Shown here: piece after piece, positions 55,266 through 64,000 of the stretch
How the letters are laid out: every line of letters begins with the position of its first letter
How positions within the stretch are numbered: the first letter of the stretch is position 1
From: an uncultured Pseudolysinimonas sp.
GTDB taxonomy: Bacteria > Actinomycetota > Actinomycetes > Actinomycetales > Microbacteriaceae
Reading direction: 5' to 3'
Length of the DNA: 64,000 nucleotides
NCBI GenBank assembly: GCA_965653335.1
Contig: CBFGZU010000001.1
Location: 8,495 to 72,494, forward strand
The notes under the pieces: model-generated
Told to the model about the DNA's origin: nothing
Seen by the model: only the letters and a program-made list of their open reading frames with translations
Databases searched by the model: none
Made by a program: the position numbers and the translations under genes

Positions 55266-56183
55266 TCAACGATGGGACGGCTCCTCGCGCTGGGAATGAC
55301 CGGCGGGTTCCAGTTGGAACGTCGAATGCGCCACATCGAAATGCCCGTGCAGGCACTCCGCCAGCCGGTCGAGCATCTCGCCGGTGCGGCCGCTCGCGAA
55401 CACCTCGGGCTCGCATTCGACGTGCGCCGTGAACACCGGCGCCCCCGACGTGATCACCCACACGTGCACGTCGTGAACGGCCACGACACCGGGAGTCGCC
55501 ACGAGGTGCTCCCGGATCAGCGCGACATCGGTCTCTCGCGGCGCCGACTCGGTCAGCACTCGCACGACATCGCGCAGCAGCAGCGCCGCCCGCGGGACGA
55601 TGAGCGCCGCGATGACGAGCGACGCGATCGCGTCGACCGCGGCGAAACCCGTCGCGAGCAGCACGACGCCGGCGATGACGGCGGCGATCGAGCCGAAGAG
55701 GTCGCCGAGCACCTCGAGCGTCGCGCCGCGCAGATTCATCGACCGACGGTCGCCCCCGCGCAGCACCAGATATCCGGCGACATTGGCGAGCAGGCCGATC
55801 CCGGCGACGACGATCATCGGGATGCCGTCGGGCGCGTGCGTGTCGCCATCGGTCAGCCGCCGGACGGCCTCGACCGCGACGACCACCGCGACGACCGTGA
55901 GCAGAACCCCGTTGAACAGGGCCGCGAGCACCTCGACCCGGCGAAACCCGAACGTATGCCGATCAGTCGCCGGCCGGGTCGCCCAGACGCTCGCCACGAG
56001 AGCGACGAGCAGCCCGATCGCGTCGCTCGCCATATGACCCGCGTCGGCCAGCAGCGCGAGCGAGCCCGAGATCCACGCCCCGAAGATCTCGACGACGAGC
56101 ACCGTCGTGACGATGGCGAACGCGATCGCGATCCGACTCCTCGTCGACGCGCCGTGCCCATGATCGTGCCCCACGGCATCCAT
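55266..56183 (-). CDS. Cation diffusion facilitator (CzcD/ZitB-like)
   Basis: His-rich N-terminus, SLALLADAGHM.SD, TFGFRRVE, VLGDLFGS, HDVHVW, HSTFQLE. Confidence 0.92.
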   Translation of the reverse strand: MDAVGHDHGHGASTRSRIAIAFAIVTTVLVVEIFGAWISGSLALLADAGHMASDAIGLLVALVASVWATRPATDRHTFGFRRVEVLAALFNGVLLTVVAVVVAVEAVRRLTDGDTHAPDGIPMIVVAGIGLLANVAGYLVLRGGDRRSMNLRGATLEVLGDLFGSIAAVIAGVVLLATGFAAVDAIASLVIAALIVPRAALLLRDVVRVLTESAPRETDVALIREHLVATPGVVAVHDVHVWVITSGAPVFTAHVECEPEVFASGRTGEMLDRLAECLHGHFDVAHSTFQLEPAGHSQREEPSHR

Positions 56184-56267
56184 TCTCCCGGCATCGGCTC
56201 GTGAAATGCCCCGATCGGCCGCACATCACCCGCGATGCGCGGCCGGAATCGGTAGCTCGCCGGTCGT

Positions 56268-56846
56268 TCAGCCGAAGCGACGGCGCAGCTCGGCCGTGAG
56301 GGCGATGAAGGCACGGGCACGATGGCTGTCGGCGTCCTTCTCGACCGGCGACAGCTCTGCGGCGCTGCGGGTCTCGCCGTCGGGGCGGAAGATCGGGTCA
56401 TAGCCGAAGCCGCCCGCGCCCGAGGGTTCGCTCAGCACCTCGCCCGGCCACTCGCCGCGTACGACATGTTCACCGTCGGCGTCGACCAATGCCGCGGCGC
56501 AGACGAACGTGGCGCTGCGATCGGCGGCACCCGCGAGGTTTCGCAGCACGAGGCGCAGATTCGCCGCGTCGTCGCGCACGCCCGAGTAGTGCGCCGAATC
56601 GATGCCGGGAGCTCCGCCGAGCGCCGTGACGACGATTCCCGAATCGTCGGCGAGCGCCGGCAGCCCGGTGTGCGCGTGCGCGGCGCGAGCCTTGATGAGG
56701 GCGTTCGCCTCGAACGTGTCACCATCCTCGACCGGGGCCGGACCGTCGTACCCGACGAGGCCGTGCGGCCCCAGCCGGTCACCGAGGATGCGCCGCAACT
56801 CCTCCACCTTGTGGGCGTTATGCGTCGCGAGAACGAACGTCGTCAT
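56268..56846 (-). CDS. rdgB: Non-canonical purine NTP pyrophosphatase
   Basis: [33 protein letters not shown]. Confidence 0.95.
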   Translation of the reverse strand: MTTFVLATHNAHKVEELRRILGDRLGPHGLVGYDGPAPVEDGDTFEANALIKARAAHAHTGLPALADDSGIVVTALGGAPGIDSAHYSGVRDDAANLRLVLRNLAGAADRSATFVCAAALVDADGEHVVRGEWPGEVLSEPSGAGGFGYDPIFRPDGETRSAAELSPVEKDADSHRARAFIALTAELRRRFG

Positions 56847-57577
56847 GTGCTGAGCGTCGCGGCCTGGATCTCGGTGAGCCGTGCCGCACCGTCGCCGGCC
56901 AACTCGAGCAGCGCATCCAGTTCTCGCTTGTCGAATGGCGCACCCTCGGCCGTGCCCTGCACCTCGACGAACAGCCCGCGGCCCGTCATCACGACGTTCA
57001 TATCAGTTTCGGCGCGCACATCTTCGACGTAGGCGAGGTCGAGCAACGGCACCCCGTCGACGATGCCGACGCTCACGGCCGCGACCGAGTCGATGAGTGC
57101 GGCCGCGTTCTTGCCGATGAAACCCTTGGTGCGACCCCATTCGATGGCGTCGGCGAGCGCGATGTACGCGCCCGTGATCGCCGCGGTGCGGGTGCCACCG
57201 TCGGCCTGCAGCACGTCGCAGTCGATCACGATCGTGTTCTCGCCGAGCGCCTTCGTGTCGATGATCGCGCGCAGGCTCCGGCCGATCAGCCGGGAGATCT
57301 CGTGCGTGCGTCCACCGATGCGGCCCTTCACGCTCTCCCGGTCGTTGCGATCATTGGTCGCGCGGGGCAGCATCGCGTACTCCGCCGTCACCCACCCCTT
57401 GCCCTTGCCGGCGAGCCAGCGCGGCACCCCGTTGGTGAAGGATGCGGTGCACAGCACCCTCGTGTTGCCGAACGAGATGAGCGCGCTCCCCTCCGCCTGC
57501 GTGCTCCAGCCGCGTTCGATCACGATCGGGCGCAACTCGTCGGCGGTGCGGCCGTCGGCGCGGGGCGTGTCAGTCAT
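56843..57577 (-). CDS. rph: Ribonuclease PH
   Basis: [55 protein letters not shown]. Confidence 0.96.
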   Translation of the reverse strand: MTDTPRADGRTADELRPIVIERGWSTQAEGSALISFGNTRVLCTASFTNGVPRWLAGKGKGWVTAEYAMLPRATNDRNDRESVKGRIGGRTHEISRLIGRSLRAIIDTKALGENTIVIDCDVLQADGGTRTAAITGAYIALADAIEWGRTKGFIGKNAAALIDSVAAVSVGIVDGVPLLDLAYVEDVRAETDMNVVMTGRGLFVEVQGTAEGAPFDKRELDALLELAGDGAARLTEIQAATLST

Positions 57578-58425
57578 GCGAGTCCAATCGTCGGGAGCTG
57601 GATGGTTCCGGTCTCGAAAGTCTCGACGCGCGAGACCTCCGGACCGAGAAATCGGTGGGCGAGCTTCAGAAAGGCGGGCTTGTCGTCGCCGGTGCACTCG
57701 AAGGAGTGCCGGGGCGGCGCCGAGTCGGTGCGCTCGAGGCCTGCGGAAACCAGTCGCCCGTAGACATCCGCCGCCGTCTCCTCGGCGCTCGACACGAGCC
57801 GCACGCCCGAGCCGATGACGTACTGGATCGCCGCCGACATGAGCGGGTAGTGGGTGCAGCCGAGCACGAGGGTGTCGACATCCGCCGCCTTCAGCGGAGC
57901 GAGATACTCCTCGGCGACGGCGAACAGCTCCGGCCCGCTCGTCACTCCCGCCTCGACGAACTCGACGAAGCGCGGACAAGCCTGACTGAACAGCTCGACG
58001 GCCGGGGCGGCGGCGAACGCGTCGTCGTACGCCCGGGACTGGATTGTTCCCGCCGTGCCGATCACGCCGACGCGGCCGTTGCGCGTGGCGCGGGCCGCTG
58101 CTCGGACGGCCGGCTGGATGACCTCCACCACCGGGATGCCGAACGCCACCTCGTAGCGCTCCCGAGCATCCCGCAGCATCGCCGCACTCGCCGTGTTGCA
58201 CGCGATCACGAGCGCCTTCACACCGTGCTCGACGAGGTCGTCGAGCACCTCGAGCGCGTAGGCGCGCACCTCGGCGATCGGTTTCGGGCCGTACGGCGCG
58301 CGCATGGTGTCACCGACGTACATCACCTGCTCACGCGGCAACTGGTCGAGAATCGCCCGCGCCACGGTCAGCCCGCCGACCCCGCTGTCGAAGACGCCGA
58401 TGGGCGCGTCGGTCGTCGGGGTCAC
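57574..58425 (-). CDS. murI: Glutamate racemase
   Basis: [27 protein letters not shown]. Confidence 0.96.
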   Translation of the reverse strand: MTPTTDAPIGVFDSGVGGLTVARAILDQLPREQVMYVGDTMRAPYGPKPIAEVRAYALEVLDDLVEHGVKALVIACNTASAAMLRDARERYEVAFGIPVVEVIQPAVRAAARATRNGRVGVIGTAGTIQSRAYDDAFAAAPAVELFSQACPRFVEFVEAGVTSGPELFAVAEEYLAPLKAADVDTLVLGCTHYPLMSAAIQYVIGSGVRLVSSAEETAADVYGRLVSAGLERTDSAPPRHSFECTGDDKPAFLKLAHRFLGPEVSRVETFETGTIQLPTIGLA

Positions 58426-58462
58426 GGGAATCAAGGGTAGTGCGCGTCGCTAGGCTCGCAGG

Positions 58463-59755
58463 ATGACGAGCGCGCTGCTCACCGATCGCTACGAGCTGAC
58501 GATGATCGACGCGGCGCTGCGCGACGGCACCGCGTCGAGACGCTGCGTGTTCGAGCTCTTCACCCGGCGGCTCGCCCCCGGCCGGCGGTTCGGGGTCGTC
58601 GCGGGGACCGGACGCCTGCTCGACGAGCTCGCCGCGTTCCGTTTCGGCGACGCCGAAATCGACTGGCTGCGCGCCGAGGGCATCGTCTCGCCGCAGACCC
58701 TCGAGTGGCTTGCCGCGTACACGTTCACCGGCTCGATCTCGGGATACCGCGAAGGCGAGGTCTACTTTCCGGGCTCGCCGATCCTCATCGTCGAGGGCAC
58801 CTTCGCCGAGGCCGTCGTGCTCGAGACGCTCGCGCTCAGCATCCTCAACTACGACTCCGCCGTCGCCTCCGCCGCCGCCCGCATGGTGGCAGCCGCCGAC
58901 GACCGCCCCCTCGCCGAGATGGGCTCGCGGCGCACCGGGGAGCGCTCCGCCGTCGCTGCCGCCCGCGCCGCCCACATCGCCGGATTCGCGGCGACCTCGA
59001 ACCTCGAAGCGGGCCGCACCTGGGGCGTGCCGACGATGGGCACCGCCGCGCACTCCTCCACGCTGCTGCACGACAGCGAAGAGGACGCCTTCCGCGCCCA
59101 GGTCGACGCGATGGGCGTCGGCACGACGCTGCTCGTGGATACGTACGACATCGAGCAGGGGATCGCAACCGCCATCGAGGTGGCGGGGACGTCGCTCGGC
59201 GCGATCCGGATCGACTCGGGTGACCTCGGGGTCGTGGTCACCGCCGCCCGCGCGCAGCTCGACGCGCTCGGCGCCACCGGCACCCGCATCACCGTCACCA
59301 ACGACCTCGACGAGTACACGATCGCGGCGTTGCGGGCCGCGCCGGTCGACTCCTACGGCGTCGGGACATCCGTCGTCACCGGTTCCGGCTCCCCCGCGTC
59401 GGGGATGGTGTACAAACTGGTCGCGCACCAGTCGGATTCGGGGTCGTGGCTCTCCGTGGGGAAACGGTCGGACGGCAAGGCGACCGTCGCCGGCCGGAAG
59501 GTTCCCGTGCGCACGCTCGACCACGGTGTCGCGGCAGAAGAGACCGTGTACGTCGAAGAACCCGAAACCCTGCCCAAGCCCGGACGACCGCTGCTCGTCG
59601 ACTACGTGCGGGACGGGATCGTGGATGCCGCGTGGCTCGGCGCCCCCGGAGTCGCCGCCGCCCGGGAACACCACGCCGCCGTGATCGCGGAACTCCCCCT
59701 CTCCGCGTTCCGTCTCTCCCGCGGCGAGCCCGTCATCCCCACCGTCTACGTCTGA
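58463..59755 (+). CDS. pncB: Nicotinate phosphoribosyltransferase
   Basis: LLTDRYELTM, EMGSRR, GTAAHS, LVDTYD, IRIDSGD, YGVGT, VYKLV. Confidence 0.95.
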   Translation: MTSALLTDRYELTMIDAALRDGTASRRCVFELFTRRLAPGRRFGVVAGTGRLLDELAAFRFGDAEIDWLRAEGIVSPQTLEWLAAYTFTGSISGYREGEVYFPGSPILIVEGTFAEAVVLETLALSILNYDSAVASAAARMVAAADDRPLAEMGSRRTGERSAVAAARAAHIAGFAATSNLEAGRTWGVPTMGTAAHSSTLLHDSEEDAFRAQVDAMGVGTTLLVDTYDIEQGIATAIEVAGTSLGAIRIDSGDLGVVVTAARAQLDALGATGTRITVTNDLDEYTIAALRAAPVDSYGVGTSVVTGSGSPASGMVYKLVAHQSDSGSWLSVGKRSDGKATVAGRKVPVRTLDHGVAAEETVYVEEPETLPKPGRPLLVDYVRDGIVDAAWLGAPGVAAAREHHAAVIAELPLSAFRLSRGEPVIPTVYV

Positions 59756-59798
59756 CCCCCACCATCCGCTCCGCCCCGTCTCGCGCGAAGGTCTTGCT

Positions 59799-59854
59799 CC
59801 ATCCGTGACTTTTCGCGCGGATCAACGCTTCGGGAGGACGAATTTCGACGGATG
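59799..59854. repeat. Left copy of the ~55-bp palindromic repeat flanking the nuclease-like gene (overlaps its 3' end)
   Basis: 59801-59854 aligns without gaps to 60788-60841, 43/54 identical. Confidence 0.85.
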
Positions 59855-60739
59855 AACGGATCGCACCGGCACGCCTCGCTCCGACAGGCGACTGCGCACC
59901 TTGAGAACCAGGTGATGCGGGTGATCGTAGAGGTCCGTCTTGGTGATCTCGATCGACTCCCAATCGATCGACCTGATGAGCTCACGCCGTCCGACGTCTT
60001 TCGCGAATTGGGTGGGGGATCGGTGCTGATCGCCGAGATAGTCGAGCCCATATCGTGCCCGCCACCAGGCCAGGTCGAGTGTCGCGAACGGGCTGATTCT
60101 GAGATTGGGCACCGGCGTCGGGCAGCCAGCGGAGACAAGAAGAACACGGCAGTGGGATTCGGGGCGTGACAGCGGCCCCGGCAGCGCGAGCGAGGCAGCA
60201 CGCAGAAGAAGGGGGCGACCGAGGATGCGCGGGTGAGCGACCGCGTCGTGGATGCCGGCCAGGGTTGCGAGCGCAGGCTTACTCGAGCCGAAAGAGGGGG
60301 TCAGGATGAAGTCAGCCGCCGCCACCAGATCGGGAAGCGCGAGCACACGGCCGAGCGACAACCACGTGTCGACCGGCGAAAACACCCGCAGTGACCCGAG
60401 GTTCCAGATGTCCACCCTGTCGGGATCGTGCTGATAGCCCCGTACCCCCCGCCCCGTCGGTCGCGGGCCGGTGTGCGGCGACGAAACGTGGACCAACTCG
60501 GAGTCCATGGATGCCGGAAGCGGCATTCCCCAAAGGTGGGCCGCCGTTGGACCGCAGAACGCAGCATCCGGTCGCATCTTCGTCGCGTAGGCATGACTCA
60601 ATGCGATCGCATCGCGCGGAGGGGCGACCGAACGCACACCCTGAAACGGCGCAGCCAGATGCTGCGAACGTAGTGCTCCGGCACCGACGCCTCGCGCCAG
60701 TGCATCCCTCACTCTGAACGATCCTGTGAACTCCGTCAT
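59822..60739 (-). CDS. Actinobacterial AbiEi-like/DUF559 (Vsr-like endonuclease) family protein
   Basis: TAAHLWGMPLP, SPVDTW, LVAAAD, SRPESHCR..L...G.P.P..N, LDLAW....GLDYLGDQH, D..R...W pattern recognised by eye. Confidence 0.7.
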   Translation of the reverse strand: MTEFTGSFRVRDALARGVGAGALRSQHLAAPFQGVRSVAPPRDAIALSHAYATKMRPDAAFCGPTAAHLWGMPLPASMDSELVHVSSPHTGPRPTGRGVRGYQHDPDRVDIWNLGSLRVFSPVDTWLSLGRVLALPDLVAAADFILTPSFGSSKPALATLAGIHDAVAHPRILGRPLLLRAASLALPGPLSRPESHCRVLLVSAGCPTPVPNLRISPFATLDLAWWRARYGLDYLGDQHRSPTQFAKDVGRRELIRSIDWESIEITKTDLYDHPHHLVLKVRSRLSERGVPVRSVHPSKFVLPKR

Positions 60740-60787
60740 CCTCGGATGCTGGCCCGATAGGGCTGCCGCGGAAGGAAGCCGTCATCG

Positions 60788-60842
60788 ATCCGTGAGTTTT
60801 CGCGCGGATCGATGCCTCGGAAGGACGAAAAGTCGCGGATGG
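60788..60842. repeat. Right copy of the ~55-bp palindromic repeat, upstream of the nuclease-like gene
   Basis: ATCCGTGAGTTTTCG..CGAAAAGTCGCGGAT internal inverted repeat; 60826-60842 is 16/17 complementary to 59799-59815. Confidence 0.85.
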
Positions 60843-60869
60843 GAAGAGGGGGACAGCCCAGGGGCGGCG

Positions 60870-61142
60870 TCAGGCCTTCAGTCGCTCGTAGATCTTCTTG
60901 CAGTCAGGGCAGACGGGGAACTTCTCGGGGTCACGACCGGGGATCCACTTTTTGCCGCACAGGGCGCGCACCGGCTTGCCCGTGACAGCGCTCTCGAGGA
61001 TCTTCTCCTTCTGCACGTAGTGCGAGAAGCGTTCGTGGTCGCCATCCTCGAGTTGCGCGTCGTCGAGCAGCTGCTCGAGCTCGCGATCGAGGGTGTCGGT
61101 GCCGCCGCCGACGGTGTCGGGTCCGCGATCCAGATCGGCCAT
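60870..61142 (-). CDS. DUF3039 family protein
   Basis: GDHERFSHYV.K.KI.ESAVTGKPVRALCGKKW.PGRDPEKFPVCPDCK. Confidence 0.92.
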   Translation of the reverse strand: MADLDRGPDTVGGGTDTLDRELEQLLDDAQLEDGDHERFSHYVQKEKILESAVTGKPVRALCGKKWIPGRDPEKFPVCPDCKKIYERLKA

Positions 61143-61192
61143 GCCTCCAGGGTACGGCGACGACGACGCGTGCGCATCGCGCGGTTCGCTGC

Positions 61193-62818
61193 TCAGTGGC
61201 GCGCCGAGAACTCGAGTAGCTCCGGGGCGCTGCGATCGAACGTGGTGCCGCCGGATCGGATGCCGATCGCGAGCATGAGAGCACCGGCGGCGAGCCCGGT
61301 GACGAGCGCGATCCACGTCCACGACACGGGGCCGGGCGTCGGCGCGTCGACGACATGCAGCACGGTCGCGGCGATCGCAGGAGCCGCGACGATCAGGATG
61401 AGCACGAGCGACCAGAACTGGATGCCGCTCCCGCTCTCTCCCGGCACTTGCGGTTGCTGGAAGGGACGGTCGCCGGGCCTCGTCGCCGGGTAGGGGAACC
61501 GCGACGAGGTCAGGCTCGAGACGCCGATCCCCCCGAGCAGCATCGCGCCGCAGATCCCGAGCACCGCCGGCACGATCCGCCAGTCGCCGTAGCCCCACGC
61601 GGTGAGTGGGGTGCCGATGAGCACGAGCGGCACGCCCATCGCGATCACCGGCAGCATGCGGCCGATGCGATCATGCACGCCTCGCGTCTGCGCGGCGAGA
61701 TGCATCCAGATCGCGGTCGAGTCGAAGGAGACGTCGTTGTGCAGGGTGCCCCAGGCGAGCAGCATCACCATGAGCGGCAGGGGCACGAGCGCGGCGATCG
61801 GGAACGGGATGCCGCCGATCCACATCGCGAGCAGGGTCACGACCGGCACGACCGGCAGCACGACGAGCGCCGCCCGGTAGCGCGGGTCACGCGACCAGTA
61901 GGTGAAGCTGCGGGCGGCGACGGCGCCGGTCGGGGTGGACGGCATCCGTCGGAACCATCCCGGGACGAGGGCGGCGCGCTCGCGCGGGATGCGCCGCGTC
62001 GGCCGGAGCTGGTACCCGAGGGATGCGATCCAGACGAGCGCGAGGGCGGCGATCGTGAGCGCGCCGAGCAACAGGTCCTGCTGGACGAGAAAGTCGTCGC
62101 CGGCGGCGAGGTGGGAGGGGACGCGCCAGAACGTGCCGATCGGCAGCGACGTGAGCGTGTCGACGATCGCGGGATCGCGCAACGGTGCCGTCGCCCCGAG
62201 GACGGCGAGCACGGTGGGCCACCACGATCCGGGCAGCAACTCGGCGAGCGCCGGGGCGAGATGCGCGGCGATCACGACGAGTCCCGCCACGAGCAGCAGG
62301 GCGGCGAAGATCCGGATGAGCCGGCCGACGGCACGGCGGTGGCGCAGCACCGCACCGAGGGCGACGCCGATGCGGGCGGCGAGTATCCCTTCGATCACGA
62401 TAAGCGGCACGGCGAGCGCGGCGGTGACCGCCAACGGGCCGGTCCACAGCAGGAGCGGCGCGAGCGCGAGGGGTATCAGGATCAGGGCGGGGCCGATGAG
62501 CGTGGTCAGCAGCACGGCGCCGGCGATCGTGACCGGCCGAAAGCCGAAGAACGACAACGCGCGCGGATGCAACAGTTGCGACCGGGCGATGACGAGGGGC
62601 AGGAAGAACGCTCCGAGCGACACGAGCACGCCCACCATGACGACGACTCGGTGCCGGGTGACGTCGTCCAGGTGGCTCGCGAGGGCCGCACCGCCCCACA
62701 GCAGCGCGACTCCGGCTCCGGCGAGCAGGATGCCGACGACCGCCCAGGCCGCGGCGCCGGGAACGCGGAACGCGTTCACGAGCAACCGCACCTTCAGTCG
62801 GAGTAGCTCTGCAACCAC
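61193..62818 (-). CDS. Putative ABC-2-type transporter permease
   Basis: Multiple TM segments, GAVAARSFTYWSRDPRY, LHNDVSFD; overlaps the ATPase stop. Confidence 0.8.
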   Translation of the reverse strand: MVAELLRLKVRLLVNAFRVPGAAAWAVVGILLAGAGVALLWGGAALASHLDDVTRHRVVVMVGVLVSLGAFFLPLVIARSQLLHPRALSFFGFRPVTIAGAVLLTTLIGPALILIPLALAPLLLWTGPLAVTAALAVPLIVIEGILAARIGVALGAVLRHRRAVGRLIRIFAALLLVAGLVVIAAHLAPALAELLPGSWWPTVLAVLGATAPLRDPAIVDTLTSLPIGTFWRVPSHLAAGDDFLVQQDLLLGALTIAALALVWIASLGYQLRPTRRIPRERAALVPGWFRRMPSTPTGAVAARSFTYWSRDPRYRAALVVLPVVPVVTLLAMWIGGIPFPIAALVPLPLMVMLLAWGTLHNDVSFDSTAIWMHLAAQTRGVHDRIGRMLPVIAMGVPLVLIGTPLTAWGYGDWRIVPAVLGICGAMLLGGIGVSSLTSSRFPYPATRPGDRPFQQPQVPGESGSGIQFWSLVLILIVAAPAIAATVLHVVDAPTPGPVSWTWIALVTGLAAGALMLAIGIRSGGTTFDRSAPELLEFSARH

Positions 62819-63939
62819 TCCATGCCTTCCACAGCGCCCGCACCACCGGCGAGTTCCACGAATCTGGTCTCGAGACTCTCACCGTCGAGAACCTGCGCGA
62901 GCGGTCCCGCTGCGAGCATCCTGCCGTCGGCGATGATCGCCACGGAGTCGCACGTGCGCTCGATGAGCCCCATGCTGTGGCTCGACAGAACCACGGTGCC
63001 GCCGGCCTCGGCGTATTTCTTGAGAATCGAGATGACGGCTGCCGCCGACACCGGGTCGACCGATTCGAACGGTTCGTCGAGCACGAGCAGTCGCGGCGAG
63101 TGGATCATCGCGGCCGCGATGGCGATCTTCTTCACCATGCCCGCGGAGTAGTCCGAGACGAACCGGTAGAGCGAGTGCCGCAACCCGAAGGCGGCGACGA
63201 TGTCGTCCAGCCGGCGGCTCGTGGTCTCGCGGTCGAGCCCGCGCAACGCCCCCGCGTGATGGAGGAACTCGGCGCCTGTGAGGCGGTCGAACAGTCGCAG
63301 GTTGTCGGGAAGGACGCCGAGGGATTTCTTCGCGACGGCGGGGTTGCCCCAGACGTCGGCGCCGTGGATGCGAACCTCCCCCGAGTCGGGACGCAGCAGT
63401 CCGGTGACCATGGCGAGGGTCGTCGTCTTGCCGGCGCCGTTCGGGCCGACGAATCCATAGAACGTGCCGGCGGGCACCTCGAGGTCGACCGCGTCCACGG
63501 CCGTGATGTCTCCGAACCGTTTGGTGAGATTGCGCACCGAGAGCGCGATCGCGGATGCCGGGGCGGGCTGGGTGGTCGCCCGCGCCGGGCGGCGCACGAC
63601 TTTCTGCGCTTGCACGGGCTTCGGCGGATTCGTGGCCTTCGGCGGATTGGCCGCCTTCGGAGGATTGGCCGCCTTCGGAGGATTGGCCGCCTTCGGAGGA
63701 TTGGGAGCCTTCGGTGGGCTGGCGGTCTTCGGCGGGCTGGCGGCCTTCAGCGCTTTCGGGGCGGCCGCGGTCGCCGCGGGTCGTGCCGTCGACGCGGGTG
63801 CAACCGACTCGGCCTCAGCGCTGCCGGCTTGGGGGGGACGACTCTTCGACGAGGTCGCGCCGCGGGCGGCGCCCGGACGCGCAGCGGTCGAACGCCCACC
63901 CGGACCCTTGCGGGATGAGGCGTCGGACTCGGGTTCCAC
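62794..63939 (-). CDS. ABC transporter ATP-binding protein with low-complexity N-terminal extension
   Basis: GPNGAGKTT, YSAGMVKK, LDEPFESVD, SSH; TACGGT 6 nt before GTG 63939. Confidence 0.88.
   Translation of the reverse strand: MEPESDASSRKGPGGRSTAARPGAARGATSSKSRPPQAGSAEAESVAPASTARPAATAAAPKALKAASPPKTASPPKAPNPPKAANPPKAANPPKAANPPKATNPPKPVQAQKVVRRPARATTQPAPASAIALSVRNLTKRFGDITAVDAVDLEVPAGTFYGFVGPNGAGKTTTLAMVTGLLRPDSGEVRIHGADVWGNPAVAKKSLGVLPDNLRLFDRLTGAEFLHHAGALRGLDRETTSRRLDDIVAAFGLRHSLYRFVSDYSAGMVKKIAIAAAMIHSPRLLVLDEPFESVDPVSAAAVISILKKYAEAGGTVVLSSHSMGLIERTCDSVAIIADGRMLAAGPLAQVLDGESLETRFVELAGGAGAVEGMEWLQSYSD
63619..63744. repeat. 7 x 18-bp in-frame tandem repeat (KAANPP-like)
   Basis: CTTCGG recurs at 63619, 63637, 63655, 63673, 63691, 63709 and 63727. 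Confidence 0.92.
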
Positions 63940-64000
63940 CGGTCAACCGTATCAACGCGAAATCTTCACGGATTTCATCACGATCCGAGAACGGTCGCGT

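Overview
High-GC actinobacterial chromosome segment, with gene content and order typical of Microbacteriaceae (inference). Left part: truncated siderophore-interacting protein, tadABC, a HipBA-type toxin-antitoxin pair, a fatty-acid desaturase, a quinate/shikimate catabolic cluster with a TRAP transporter and a phosphotriesterase-like hydrolase, an MMPL/TetR pair, a DUF1778/GNAT toxin-antitoxin pair, a PHP protein and tRNA-Leu(TAG). The tRNA 3' end is present three times. Immediately after the third copy begins a ~30 kb integrase-less catabolic island (21.2-51.1 kb). It encodes GDH, an FAD/Fe-S oxidoreductase, a sugar ABC transporter with two binding proteins, an IlvD-type dehydratase, an SDR, three Gfo/Idh/MocA enzymes, an aldehyde dehydrogenase, IolD, PucR, hydantoinase/oxoprolinase A+B, an FAH hydrolase, a class III aminotransferase, two 2-hydroxyacid dehydrogenases and a GAF/AAA/Fis regulator. 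Six island promoter regions share a 17-bp palindrome at near-fixed spacing from a -10-like hexamer. Right part is core-like: dedA, Mn ABC + mntR, CDF, rdgB-rph-murI, pncB, DUF3039, ABC. It is interrupted by a DUF559/Vsr-like nuclease gene bracketed by two copies of a ~55-bp palindromic repeat. Best candidates for new biology are the island pathway and regulon, and the repeat-flanked nuclease together with solitary REP-like elements. All functional calls come from motif recognition by eye; no database searches were run.
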